The notes: a model not told the origin generated them from the sequence alone. A DNA stretch of 64,000 nt from Amoebidium appalachense (GCA_963693365.1 CAVNZM010000004.1:6574564-6638563); one strand, 5' to 3'; counted from the stretch's first letter, positions 47,886-62,210 are shown. Made by a program: numbers and translations.

Positions 47886-48018
47886 TTAACAATGAAAGAC
47901 AACAACCCTGAAATCCAAAAAACAAATAAACAAAATAAAAGAAATCTACCAAATTTCATTCGAGAACCCTTAAAAATCATATTTCGTATTAAAAAACCAA
48001 ATTTCCATAGAAAAATCA

Positions 48019-49000
48019 TCATTCCGCATCAACCCCCTCCTTCTCCACCCACACCTTCCTATGCGCGTCGAAAAACTCGGCTGCCCTCTCCGCCGTCCAC
48101 CTCTCACTGGGGTCCAACGCAAAAACCCCATCGAACAACTTTTCAACAAAAGCGGCCACATCCATTCCCTCATCCATACCCGCACTTTTGCCGTTTAAAT
48201 TTCCCGCCAAAATTCCCGTCGACCAACCAGATTTCTCCATTACCGCGTGCTTAAATACCGGCTCGCGTTCTTCCGGAAGACTCCACGGCAATCTAGCAAA
48301 CAGAAGCACGTACAGCGACACACCAAACGACCACATGTCCACGGCCTTCCAATCCGTTTCGCCCGCGCAGCAATTTGCGGCCTGCAGAATCTCAGGGGGG
48401 TTGTATGCCGGGGTGCCTGACCGGCCCCTCACTGGGTGGCCGTTGCATACCATCGACTGGCCGAAATCGATGATTCTGACCTTTCCCGCACTGTCGATGG
48501 CGCAGTTTTCGAGTTTCTGAACGTGCAGGAACGAAAGTAAGAAAACATTCGCGGCTACTATAATAATTCTCATACTAGAGGTATTATTGTTACCGTGTTT
48601 TTGAATGGGAAAGTGGAGGGGTTGGGGGCAGGAGGGACAACAAAAACGGGCGGACAAGCGAGGAGCACAAAAGAGAGAGAGCAAATGGAAAGAAACACAC
48701 TTGGTGCAAGGGCTTCTAGGAACACTAACTTGCAAGCGCTTCTAGGAACACTAACTTGCTTGTTTTTTCTTTCTCTTGTCTTTTTCCTTCCCTCTCCTTC
48801 CCTTGTCAATCATTTATTGGCCTTGCCATTCTACTACTAAACAGTGAGACCAGTATTATTATCTACCATTTTCTTTATTGTGTGTGTGCTTGTGTGTGTG
48901 TGTATGCACGCGCGCGGGCATGCTAGTGTGTGCATGCTTTTTCTTACATGGTTTTTTTTTTTTCTTTTCCTTTTTTTTTTTTTTTTTTTTTTTTTGGGGG

Positions 49001-49036
<36 letters not shown>

Positions 49037-49786
49037 GGAGGGGGGAGGGGGAGATAAGTTCCTCACCACATCTCTGTGGGCCACATTCACGCTGTGTAAG
49101 TGCCTCAACCCCTCCACTATGTGCCGTGCCAGCCACAATGCCCTCCTCGGCTTCACCCCTCTCCTTGCTCCCACCGGCACCTTCTCGAGTTCGCAAACAA
49201 GGTCCCCGCCCTCCAAATATTCCTCCACTAAAGTGACGCTATGTGGCGAATCAATCACATCCAAAAGTCTGACAATGTGCTCATGATTGGTAGAAGACGC
49301 AACCTTGTGCGCCTCTGTAGCTCGAATGATGCGTGCGGCTGTTACAGGGGTCTTGAAGTATGTTTTTACAACCAACCGGCGGTTTAGTTGTGTGTCAAAG
49401 GCCAAATTAACTACTTGAACCTCGTTGCGGGCAAGCGGTTTGAGCACGTGGAACCTGAAACATGGGGAAATTGTATGTTGGTTTTGACACATGGTAGGCA
49501 GCAAGGTGTGTATGAGCAGGCGTCACTTTGCTTTTTTTTCAGTTTTCTTTTTTTTTTTTTTGCCCTTTTTCTTTTTGGTCTCCCTCTCTCTCTCTTTTTG
49601 CGTCCCGCCTTTCCTGCCTACCAGCGACTATTTTCTCTCCTTTCTACTTCTACCTCTCTCTTCTACCACTACATCTTCATTGAGGAGGACAGTGAAAACC
49701 TTCAAAGAGAAAAAGTAGACAAAAATTCACAAAAATTAGTGCAGGCAACACACTCCTTCCACGGGCCCCCACCCATCTTGCGTCAA

Positions 49787-49862
<76 letters not shown>

Positions 49863-49955
49863 CTTGTGCTGGCACGTGGTCACTGAAAACCCTCCAGACA
49901 CCGGTGATGTGTCCGTCAGCGGCCGTGCGGCCTCTGCTTTCAGTTGCACAAACAT
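48019..49955 (-). CDS. Ser/Thr protein kinase, CAMK-group-like, with atypical P-loop
   Basis: Exons 49955-49861 (tentative), 49454-49067 and 48516-48019. Motifs VVK, HRDV/KLEN, DFG, GTPAYNPPE, DMWSFGV, DPSERW. Confidence 0.88.
48705..48756 (+). repeat. 26-bp direct tandem duplication in a kinase intron
   Basis: TGCAAG(G/C)GCTTCTAGGAACACTAACT twice. Confidence 0.9.
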
Positions 49956-52007
49956 GTTCAAATCCAAAAAGAATGGAAGGCAGGCGAGTTTGACAGCCGT
50001 GTGTAGTGTCAGGCACAGAGTATATCCTGTCGTTTGTTCCTCCCCAAACGCTCTTTATCAAGCGCAGAATAAAGTGTCAAAACTCAACAAATAGTGACTT
50101 TCTTGCCACGAGACGCAGGATTAATAACCGCTTTTTCAAAGGCGCAAACTTTGAGGATCGGATGCACAGCAAAAATGGCACCCAGCAGGTTATGTTTTTC
50201 AACGCTCGCGAGCGAAAGTGAGAATGTTTAATGTAGTTGCTGATTCAAAGGCAACTGCATGGCCGGGTGTGCATGAATTGATGTGTAAACCTGGTAGATT
50301 GAATCGCAGTTCTATAGTTCAGGCGTCGATTGGCTGCCAATGCCTGTTCAACACTGCCCAAACAGTCCAACCGTGGCGGCGTTCTGACGGTTTGTGGGGT
50401 ATATTGGTGCCGGATTGGAGTTCGTTGGCTCCCTACCAAAAAAATTCGGAACGAGAGGAGCAAAAAAATAAAAAAAGCCACAGCCACCCTGCTCTAGAAA
50501 CCACTCGAACACGAGATGTTACAGCCCTAATGGTCTTTTCTCCGCTATTGCTTCAGCTGCAACTGCAAGTCATGTGGTGCATCGGGCTGCTTTCTCTCAG
50601 TGACTAATTATCGTGGGCACAGGCGGAAGTTGGGTTCCTGTTTCTTGAATACATGAGTTGAAATAAAATGTATTTCGTGTGTTAACCAATGCTAAGTCGC
50701 AGCACATGTATTACGATTTACGAAACTAACTACTCACAAAATATATCAGCGTTTTGACACTTGAGCTTCAAAGAAAGCAAAAGTAAACAAGGCGCAGTTT
50801 GCTCTTCTCGAACACGCCGGATGACAAGCTCGAGCTCTGACGCCAGAGAGAACCTTCCGGGATTTCGGTAAATATTTCCAAGCATATCTATGGTGCATAG
50901 ATGGCGCCTCGAGTTAGGCTGTCACATAGGTTGCTTAGCATCCACAAATGCATTTTGTAGTTGCAGCCCGGATTAGGTCCATATTATGACATATTACTTG
51001 ATGTAAAACCAAAAATATATACTCTTTAGAAATATACCTGAGCGTCAGCATTGCCCGAAGGCGTCAGCGAAACCAAACTTTGAGGAAGAGGTTTAGGCCG
51101 AGATAGATATGAGTTCGAAAATATCTCCTATCATTCAACATTTTACAATATGAAAAAAAAAAAAAAAGGAAAAAAAAAAATGAAAAGAAAAATAAAAAGA
51201 AAAAAATGAAAAAAAAATGAAAAAAAAAAAAAAAATGAAAAAAAAAATGGAATTTGTTTTTTACAAGCAGTCATTGATATTAGGATAAGTTTGCCGCACT
51301 GTTTCAGCAGATTCAATTCACCAACCCAATCAAATCATACTCCTCCTCATGCGCAACCAATCAACGAATAAAAGCATTTTTGTGGCTAATTGTGTTCAAA
51401 TTGTCACCAATCCCTGGATTTCAACAAAACCCATATATGGGCACATTTTACACAATCACAGGGTAAAAATAGATGATGTACAAAATGACCAGTATACAAT
51501 ATTAACGATATTTTGAAAGCAAATTCCTCGATTTTTGACCCTAGTTTAGCTTTTTTCAACCTGTTTTAATGGTGTATTCCTAGATCTATTCCTGCCCTGC
51601 CCACGGCAAGCTCTTACGTAATCGTGTCTCACTGGCACTGGCCTCGATAGGGTGCAACTCCCTGCCCAGACCTGAGAACTGGGGATCGACGGAAACTGTT
51701 GGTGTATATACTGTGATAGTAATACGCCATACGGTCAAAGAAATACTGTAAACTAAACAATGAAAACATATATGAACTATTCGTACAGTGCCACACCTTG
51801 TGATTTGAAAAGGCGTGTACAGGGCTTCGTGCATGCCGCGTCACGTGCCCATGCCACGTGGATTTGGAGGAGTAGAAACGGATGCCGGACATCCAAGGCC
51901 TCCTATCACTCGAATAGGAGGCCTTGCGGACATCCGATATGCTCCCCCCCCCCCCCCCCCCCCCCTTCCCGCCCTTCCCCCCTTCTCTCTCTCTCTCTCT
52001 CTCTCTC

Positions 52008-52049
<42 letters not shown>

Positions 52050-52659
52050 CTCCCTCCCCTTCCCTCCCCTCCACCCATCCACCCACGGCATGGGCCACCC
52101 TCACAAACCACCGTGGACACCCATGGCCACCCGGTTTAGAATTACATTACGTCTTCCCTCTTTTTGTTGTGTTTAACGTTTTCCCAAACCACAATACTGT
52201 GGGGGAACATAGTGTCACCTGCATGTTGGTGGATTTTATTGTGTACTTGGCTGAAAGAAACGAATTGGTCTGGATGAACGAAAATAGTGCAAGAGGCCGG
52301 TGTAGGTGTGTGGGAAACCACTGGGGAGACAAGAGGGGGCGGGAGACAAAGGCATTGTTGGGCGGTAGGGCACACACAACATCGAGCCCGCAAGGAAGGA
52401 GGAAGGGGCCCCGGGGAGGGAGGATTGGGGAGGGGGAGGCGGGGGAGGGGGGGGGGGGGGGGGGGGGAGGAGGGGGAGGGGGGAGTGGGAGGGGCTGCGG
52501 AACCGGGGGATGCCCTAAGGATCTAGAGAGGAGTGAGGGGGGGAACGGGGGAGGGGGCGCCGGGGGGGGGGGGAGGGGGGAGGATAATCGATAGAGAGAG
52601 GGGGGGGGGGGGGGGGGGGATGGGGGGGGGGGGGGGGATGGGGGGGGATGGGGGGATCG

Positions 52660-53280
52660 GGATTGGCAGCACGGGGACCAATAGAGACAGAAGAGGTGGG
52701 GGAGGGGAGGGAGGGAAAGAGGGAGGAGGGGGGAAAGTTGGTGGTGATGGTAGGGTGGGGGGGGGGGGGGGGGGGAGGGTTTGTTGGGGGTGGGGGGGGG
52801 GGGGGGGGGGCGGGGGGCAAACCGAACCTCCCTGTCGATTTCCATACATCTGAAGGACTCAAGACCGGTAATGGTTTTTCCGGGCCCCAACCACACGAGC
52901 AGAACGAGCTTGCTGGGAGCCAATTTGAAATTTAAGATCTGCAAAGGGTTGTCTGTTGCGCACAAATAGAAAATTTAATATTCTGAGTTCTGTAGGAAGC
53001 AGAAATTCGATTCCTTTTATTATAGCTATCTCGCTTTTAGCAGTATTATATTGGTGTAGCATAGACGCTCTGCCTGTAGAGGGATCATTCTGCTTTTAGC
53101 GGAACTTTTCCACACACACACATATACACGCACACCTGCAAGCACGTACGCATGCACTCACGCATGTACGCGCGTCACACACATGCACGCACACAGGCAC
53201 ACACACACACACGCGCGTATACCCTCCCTCCCCCCCCCCCCCTCCTCCCCCCCCCCCCCCCCCCTCCCTCCCCCCCCCCC

Positions 53281-53311
<31 letters not shown>

Positions 53312-53640
53312 ACACACTGTGGGGCACACATTCGCAGACGGAGTCACACATTTACTACCTGGACAGCCAATACACAGGTTACACGGATATACACGGACAC
53401 ACACGTAAACACACACATGGACAGACACATAGATAAAGACACGGACGCACAAACGAACGTACACCCCCCCGCACATCTATGCACAAGCTCACCATAGCAA
53501 ACCCGCTGCACACTAGTAGGCATCCTGAGTGTGCCCGCATACATGTTAGTAACAGAGAGAGACGATGGGAGGAAAGAGCGAGAAGCTATGAGAGCAACAG
53601 ACAAATACTTGGTGGGGGATGTCCGGAATCTGGAAGAAGG
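52660..53640 (+). repeat. Left arm of a long degenerate inverted repeat (partner 57950-58910)
   Basis: Collinear blocks CTCCCTGTCGATTTCCATA, TTGCTGGGAGC, CGCTTTTAGCAGTAT, TGGACAGCCAATACA, TAGGCATCCT and GGGAGGAAAGAGCGAGAA occur reverse-complemented in the right arm. Confidence 0.85.
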
Positions 53641-53790
53641 AGAGGGAGGGAAGGAGGGAGGGGAGGAGGGGGAGGGGGGAAGGGGTGTGAGGGGGGCACG
53701 CGCGCCGGTGATCGTGTTGGTTTTTTTTTCCTTCCCAACGTTTTTTTTTTTTTTTTTTTTTTTTTTTTTGTTTGGGGGGGAGGGGGGGGG

Positions 53791-53867
<77 letters not shown>

Positions 53868-54428
53868 TGTGTTTGTGTGTGTTATAGTCTCTACCGTGTG
53901 CGGGGAGGGGGGGAGAGGGGGGGGGGGGGGGGAGGGGGAGCCGGTGAGAGCATTCGATAATCCTTGAGATATAACGTGAATACATGTGAAGCACCTGATA
54001 AAACCTTTGCATCATCGGACCTTTGTGCAATCAACAAAAAGCGTTTCATTTTTAGTTGACTGGTCGCAAGGGCACGGCCCTCGGAAAATACTATAGCGCG
54101 TGTGATAATAGGTGACCTAAGAAGGAGGATAGGTTTCCACAGCAATAGTAAATTTGATATCAATGGAAATTTTTGAGTGACTTGACCCTCGTGTAATTGT
54201 GATCTCTCTCTCTCCAACAAAAGCCCCAGACTCAGAAACTTGTTGTTAGCTGCATGTTTTTCAAAATCACCCTAATTTAAAAAGGCATATTCGTTGGTTG
54301 AGCAGGCACCTTGACGTTGTAGTGACACCTATCATGGGTTCAACACATCTTAAACCGTTTCCATCTCCTAAACCCATTGACCGAACAAGCCATCACCATT
54401 ATCTTTTAAAAACTTATAACGGCCTCTA

Positions 54429-55771
54429 CTAATTGGTGCAATGAGCCTTATAAGCCGCATCGCACTGCACCTGCTCGCACCATTGGTCAGTCACTCCTGT
54501 CCCTTTAACCGCTCGGCACTGATTGGTCGGGCGGAACTCGCAGCTTTCTTTAACAGTTCATTTAGTCTTGCGGCATGCATTATTGCTCATTACTTTAACG
54601 TCCTTGCTGACGCATATATCTTCTGTCCAGTTCACGTACAGAAGGAGGTTGGGTGAGCCTGGGCACTGCGGCAGGCCTTTAATGGCGTTGGGTGCGGCGC
54701 TTCCTTTAATCACCTTAACCACCTGATGTGTGGGTGGGTGTGTTAGTGATGTTTAATTAAAGGTCACTGTATGGGATTGAGGGTTCTGGTTTTGAAATGG
54801 AGATTTTTGGTTTTAAGTGGAGAATGTTTTTGTGTAGAACTTCTGAGGATGGAATGTGTTGGCCGTTTGCCTACACACGTGGTGTGTGTGTGAGTTTGCT
54901 TGTGTGCGTGTGTGTGCCTGTGCGAGCGCACATGTGCCCGTGCGCGTGTGCCTGGTATGTGTGTATGTGGCGGGGTGTTGGTGTGCGTTGTGTGCCTATA
55001 CCTATTGCTATGCCGGTGTGTGTGTGTGTTGAGAGGGAGGGGGAGGGGGGGGAGGGGGGGGTGGGAGGGGGGGAGGGGGGTGCCTGTGTGTGCGTGTGCA
55101 TTTGTGGTGTGTGTGTGTGTGTGTACACGGTGTGTGTGTGTGTGCCGGGCCACTTACATCCTCCACGGTGGCATCTGGGAACATGCCGAGGAACACGGCC
55201 GCAGCGCCGGCAACATGGGGGGAGGCCCTGTGGACCGTGGGCCCATATTACTGTACTATATTTAGGTGCACGGTCCATAAATAGCACATTGTGGGTCAAT
55301 GTTCCCACATGTATGCTATGATGGTCGAGAAAGCAGTTGGCGTAAAAAGATACGGCACAGTTTATATATATAGTTCAGTGTGGGCACATTAATACCAAAA
55401 ATAGGGTGTCTATGGGCTATGAAGTATTGACATGCACTGTACGGCAAGTGTTGCCATATGTAACTGAATTATCGATGTATGTAAGAGCAATGAAAGCCCA
55501 ATACGAACCAGAGTTGTCGTGCATTTTTTCTTTCCGTTTTTCTTTTTCTTTTTCTTTTTTACCCTTTGTTTGTCCCCGGAAAGGGGGGAGGGGAGGGGGG
55601 GGGGGGGGGGGGGGGGGGAGAGGGGGGGGGGGGGGGCGGGGGGAGCAGCATAGGTGGTGGTGGTGGTGGTGGGGGGGGGGGGGGGGGGGGATTACTTGGA
55701 TGTGCCCTGCAGGTAGGCGGTGTTGTTTCGGATGCTGCCGTTGGGTCTGTATGTGCTCCATATGTTCGTTC
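54429..55771 (-). pseudogene. 3' fragment of a proteinase K-type subtilisin (S8A) with two C-terminal Cys-rich modules
   Basis: Exons 55771-55696, 55227-55158 and 54722-54429 give GTNIWSTY...LQGTSKASPHVAGAAAVFL...GSPNLLLY, then CVSK...NAC..TK*TVKESC and CRAVKGTGVTDQWCEQVQCDAAYKAHC. In-frame TGA at 54560-54558. No upstream Asp/His exons found. Confidence 0.75.
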
Positions 55772-56969
55772 CTGCCATGGTGGGGTCATCATTAGCGGCT
55801 CTTTTTACCTATTTATGGAAAGTGCTGGGCGGGAATTTTTAACAAGAGGACAGGATGGGCACTCCGTGGCCCAGGCATAGAAAAAGAGAAAAAGAGATCG
55901 AGAGAGTGGGGGGAGGGACAGGGAAAGGAAGAGGGAGAGGGAAAGGGAGGGAGGGTGGGAGAGGGAGGGGAGGGTGGGAGAGGGAGGATAGGAGAGGGAG
56001 GGACGGAAGAGAGGGGGGAGGGAGGGGGGCCGGAACAAATGGAATAGAAAGTGCGCATTCCCACATGCACCCACGAGCAGGGAATGCTACGGTATCCACT
56101 TACTGTGAACATACACAAAGGTGTAAACCGAACAAGACCCCCCCCCCCCCCCCCCCCCCCCCAAAAAAAGGGGGGGGGGGGGGGAAATAAAATCTGAGAA
56201 TAGATAACTCAAATGCTTTGTGAAAACTCCGAGACATGAACACACATGGATGCATGCAAGCGAGCACGTACGTATGTCTGCACAAGTATCCACAAATCCC
56301 CCCCCCTCCCCCCCCCCTCTCCCCCTCCCCCCTCCCCCCCCCCCCACACACACACACCACCTACCCACCCAACCACACCCAAACAACAGCAACAATAACA
56401 CCAACCCCCTTCCCCCCCTTCCCCCCCCCCCCCCCCCTCCCTCCCCCTTGCCCCCGTCCCCTTCTCCCCCCCCCCCCCCCCCCTCCCCACACCTCCCTCG
56501 CCTCGCCCCCAAACTTCAGCCCTATACAAGAAATGTCCTCAGACAACAAATTTTCTGCTTTCAAAATTGAGTCATGTAGCACTTTATTCACCGTTCTTCT
56601 GAATAAAACTGTTTTCCCCCTTTCACACCCACACCGTCACAAGAACACCCTTAATGATTCTCACACATCCGCATACACACACCCATACAAACACAAGACA
56701 CACTTGACAACACCTCCGCATATGCACCCATTTACCAAACCACGTGCACCCATCCGTACTAATCACCAACCCTCTCCCTGTCCCCCCCGCTCTCCCCCCC
56801 GGCTCCGCCCCCACCCCCCCTCCCCCTCACACACACACACAAACACAAACAAGCACAATCACCTATAACTCTCCCCCTCCCCGCCCCCCCCTCCCCGGGC
56901 CCCCGGCCGCCCACCTGCCCCGTCCCCGCCCTCCCCCCCCCCCCCCCCCTCCCCCTCCGTGCCCTACTC

Positions 56970-57004
<35 letters not shown>

Positions 57005-57129
57005 ACAAACACGCACACACACAACACAATCACCTATAAATCCCCCCCCCCCCCCCCTCCCTTCCCCCCCCTCCTCCCCTGCCCCCCTCCCCTCCCCCCC
57101 CCCCCCCTTCCCCTCCCCCACACACACAG

Positions 57130-57453
57130 CTCCGTGAGACCCTCCTAACCACAGCCACAAAAGCCAACACCAACCCATTCGGCAACCGTGAAATCTTCCC
57201 CTCCCGCATTGCCTATTCCAACATGGGCGTTCCCAAACTCTGCGGCTCAAAGGCTTTTAGTGTCACGGACGCGGTTTGCCGCGCCGCCAACAGCGTACCA
57301 GAGTATAGGTCTCTGTGCGAGGTTACTGGAAGAACAAATGACAGCACAAAGTGCGTCAGTATGGTGCCATCTCGCATCCCTGATGAGTGGTGCCAGCAGG
57401 TGAACTGTGACCCTGCTTACAGCAATATCTGCCAGCGCGTGTGCGTCAACTGA
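57130..57453 (+). pseudogene. Orphan last exon of a second subtilisin-like gene with two Cys-rich modules
   Basis: Acceptor CACACACAG, phase 0 at the same position as the minus-strand copy. LRETLLTTATK...FPSRIAYSN, then CGSKAFSVTDAVC...YRSLC and CVSMVPSRIPDEWCQQVNCDPAYSNIC. Confidence 0.6.
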
Positions 57454-57560
57454 TCTTTAATAGATTAACTTGATCGGATGCATATGTGGATGTATATGTC
57501 ACGGCACAATCAACGTAAAGAGTAGTGGGGTAGGGGGGTGGGAGGGGAGGGGAGGGGGGT

Positions 57561-57605
<45 letters not shown>

Positions 57606-57949
57606 TTTTTGGTGCTCATGGTTAGACTAGAGTTGCATTTGAGTCCTAAAGGCCATTTGCTCAGTAATGTTGAAGTCACGCTGTTGGTTCGTTGTTACTT
57701 CCACGGCCTTTTTTTTTAATCCTTCACTTAATCGTGGTTCAGTTGTATGTTGGTTTCGTGTCTTTCTTTTCCCCATAAATTTGAAAATGAATAAAGAAAT
57801 TTGGACCTCTTTCACCTTTATCAGCGACTTCCTCCTAGCAATTTCTTCACCGCGACCTTTTTGAACCAGGGTGTGTTGGGCGAGAGAAAGGGGGGGGGGA
57901 CGGGGGGGAGGGGGGAGGAGGGGGGGGGGGCTACCCCTTCCTCTCCCTC

Positions 57950-59400
<1,451 letters not shown>

Positions 59401-59459
59401 GTGGCTGCCCCTCCCATTCCCCCCAATCCCCCCCCCTCCCCCCCCCCCCCCCCCCGGGG

Positions 59460-59492
<33 letters not shown>

Positions 59493-59955
59493 ACCAATGG
59501 GCATGGAACACTGATATCATCTTTTGGAGCATGTGCAAAGTTTTGGCTGAGTGGCACACAGTTTGTGCACCATCATGATGCATGTCGTAGTGTACACTGT
59601 ACATGTGTAGAAGAGACAGGACAATGCAATACGTTGAATCATATGGGTTTACTGTGAAAAAGCTGTTACAAACAGCTTGCATTATGATTATCAAACTCTT
59701 GCTTTTGTGCCATGATATTGATTCTCAGAGTCTCTCCTAACGGCAAGTTCATACTAAAATACAAGACATGTTCTTCTACCACCTTGCATATGCATGCACC
59801 GTCTTATTGAATAAAAGCATGAGTCTACGAATTCCATGTCATTGATGTGCCTATTAAGCACTACTCATGGCTTTTCATGTCAAATTTCCGGCATGCTGAA
59901 CCTTGCAAATTTCGTGTAATGACTCCCTTATTTAAACTATTGAAGCTTTACGAAC

Positions 59956-61656
59956 CTACTCCTTCTTGCGGTTGACGGATGTGGGCTTGCGCTCAAAGCC
60001 GACCTTGAACTCGTCAAACAGCGTGTCGGTGTCTTCGAGGGCCACACCTGCCGTCTCGGGCACACAGGTGTAGACAAACAGGGTCATTGTGGCAATGAAG
60101 CACGAGAAGAACACAAACGTGCCCCACAGGTTGAACACGCTGGGCCGGTACAGGTACGGCGTGACCTTGCCCACCACAGCGGCCATGGCCCAGTTGGTGG
60201 CCGTCGACACGCTCATGCCCTTGCCGCGGAGGTTCTGGGGGAAGATCTCGGAGCACAGCACCCACACCACCGGGCCCCAGCTGTAGGCAAAGCCGCACAC
60301 AAAGATGACGGCAAAGACAATCACAAAGATGCCCACGGTCTCGTTTGTCTTGAAGTCAAACAGCGGCGACGCCATCATCGCACAGCCGGCCGTGCCGACA
60401 AACTGCATAATGCCGCCGGTGACCAGCAGGGTGACGCGGCCGCTGCGCTCGACCAGGTAGATGCAGATGAACGTGGCCAGGAAGTTGAACGTGGTGAGTG
60501 CAAGGTTGGCCCACAGCGCGCCGGTCTCGCTGAAGAAGGTGGCAAAGATGTCGGGGGCAAAGAACATGATGGCGTTGATGCCGGTCAGCTGCTGGAAGAA
60601 CTGCAGCAGGGCGCCGACCATTGTGCGGTAGCGCATGTTGTTGCGGCTGCTGAACGTGTCGGCCCACGAGCCCTCGCCAATGGCCGCGTCGGCCTCCACG
60701 CAGGCCGTGATGTTTGCCAGCTCGGCCTCGACCTCGTCGCTGTGCCGCACCCGCTGCAGACACGTGCGCGCCTCGTCGTAGCGGCCCTTCTGCACCAGCC
60801 AGCGGGGGGACTCGGGCAGCAGGAACATGGCACACACCATGATGATGGCAAAGAAGATGTTGCCGCCGTACGACAGCCGCCAGCCGGGCGTCCAGTGCTT
60901 GAGCCCGACGTTGGCTGCGGCGGCCAGCAGGATGCCGAAGGTGATGCACAGCTGCTGCAGCGTCACCAGCACACCACGCACGTGCTCGGGGGCCATCTCG
61001 GATTGATACATGGTCACGGCCATGCTGAGCGTACCAATAGCAACACCGCCAATGAACCGGCCGGCGTACATGACACCCATGGTGGGGGGGAAGATCTGCA
61101 TGACCACGCCCACAATGAAGATGATGTCGTTGAGCATGAGTGTCTTCTTGCGGCCCAGGTAGTCCGTCTGTGTGCCGGAGGTCAGGGCACCACAGAAGCA
61201 ACCGATGGTGAAGAGGAAAGAGATCCAGCCCTGCTGGTCAGACACCCACGCTGGGTTGTACTCCCACGCGTCCTCCACACACTGCGTGAGCACCTTGCCG
61301 TTGTACACCGTGCCGTTAGCAATGCAGTCGACCTCCGTCTCGGCGCAGCCAAACCGCATGCAGTAGTCGAGGTCGCTGGTGGGGACGGGGCCGGCTGGGC
61401 AGCACACTGCTGGGGGCCAGCCAAAGTGCTTGCGGAAGGACGGCATGACCAGCGTGCCGCCGGAGCCACCAATGTCGTAGCCAAAGAGAAGACCGCCAAA
61501 GGCCGCCATGATGGCCACCACAATCACAAACGTCTTGACAGGCCGTGTGCGGTCGAGGGGCTGGCTGGCCACCTTGCCCACGGCAGAGTCGACATTGAGC
61601 ACGCCATGGTCGGCCGCCTGCCCGCTCTTGTACTTTTCTTCAACATGCGAATCCAT
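59956..61656 (-). CDS. MFS sugar porter (hexose transporter, STP/HUP/GLUT family), intronless
   Basis: Single ORF from ATG 61656. FGGLLFGYDIG, DYLGRK, GRFIGG, YQSEMAP..VRG, PESPRWL, QQLTGINAIMFF, VERSGR, SWGPVVWV..SEIFP..RG, VPETAG. Confidence 0.95.
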   Translation of the reverse strand: MDSHVEEKYKSGQAADHGVLNVDSAVGKVASQPLDRTRPVKTFVIVVAIMAAFGGLLFGYDIGGSGGTLVMPSFRKHFGWPPAVCCPAGPVPTSDLDYCMRFGCAETEVDCIANGTVYNGKVLTQCVEDAWEYNPAWVSDQQGWISFLFTIGCFCGALTSGTQTDYLGRKKTLMLNDIIFIVGVVMQIFPPTMGVMYAGRFIGGVAIGTLSMAVTMYQSEMAPEHVRGVLVTLQQLCITFGILLAAAANVGLKHWTPGWRLSYGGNIFFAIIMVCAMFLLPESPRWLVQKGRYDEARTCLQRVRHSDEVEAELANITACVEADAAIGEGSWADTFSSRNNMRYRTMVGALLQFFQQLTGINAIMFFAPDIFATFFSETGALWANLALTTFNFLATFICIYLVERSGRVTLLVTGGIMQFVGTAGCAMMASPLFDFKTNETVGIFVIVFAVIFVCGFAYSWGPVVWVLCSEIFPQNLRGKGMSVSTATNWAMAAVVGKVTPYLYRPSVFNLWGTFVFFSCFIATMTLFVYTCVPETAGVALEDTDTLFDEFKVGFERKPTSVNRKKE

Positions 61657-61784
61657 TTCTGGGTTTTTTTTTAGCCTATACACGCCTTAAGTGCTATGGT
61701 ATTGCTAAGTGTAGATATCAAACTATACACTTTCGATCAGACTTGTTGAAGTTGCTGACTGACTGAGGCCTGGTGACCGGCTCC

Positions 61785-62210
61785 GTGTTTATATACTCTC
61801 GGTGGCCAATCACACAGGTCGAAAGACGAATGCCAATCAAATATAAGTGTGTCAGTCCACATTCCAAAAATGGGTTGATTGGAGCCCTCCTTTCAGCTCA
61901 TTGGTTCATTAACCATCTATGATTGGTCTTATTATTCGATTGGTCAAAGTCCACAGCCAATAGGAATGTTAGTGCTTAGTTTTGTGGCATTCCAGAGATC
62001 TGTGAATTTCGAAACCGCGTTGAACTTGGACCATCCACCAGACTCCAGTATATAAAAAATTCAGAGGAAGCCTGTTTGTCAATTAACTTGTCACGAACCT
62101 ATGAGTGATTTATTTGGCTGAAGAGCAGCTTGATTTGCGATTGGATAGTGTTTGTGCACACGTGTGCCACTGTCTGCACTGTCTGTGTCACTGACTCAAT
62201 CGCATTGGCT
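61785..62210. promoter_or_regulatory. CCAAT-dense promoter of the sugar porter with TATA-like elements on both sides
   Basis: About nine CCAAT/ATTGG boxes between 61805 and 62208. TATATAAA on the minus strand near 61790 and TATAAAAA on the plus strand near 62051. Confidence 0.5.

Noticed and set aside
60014-61674. Long overlapping or antisense ORFs over the transporter
   Set aside because: Shadow ORFs caused by high GC3 codon bias.
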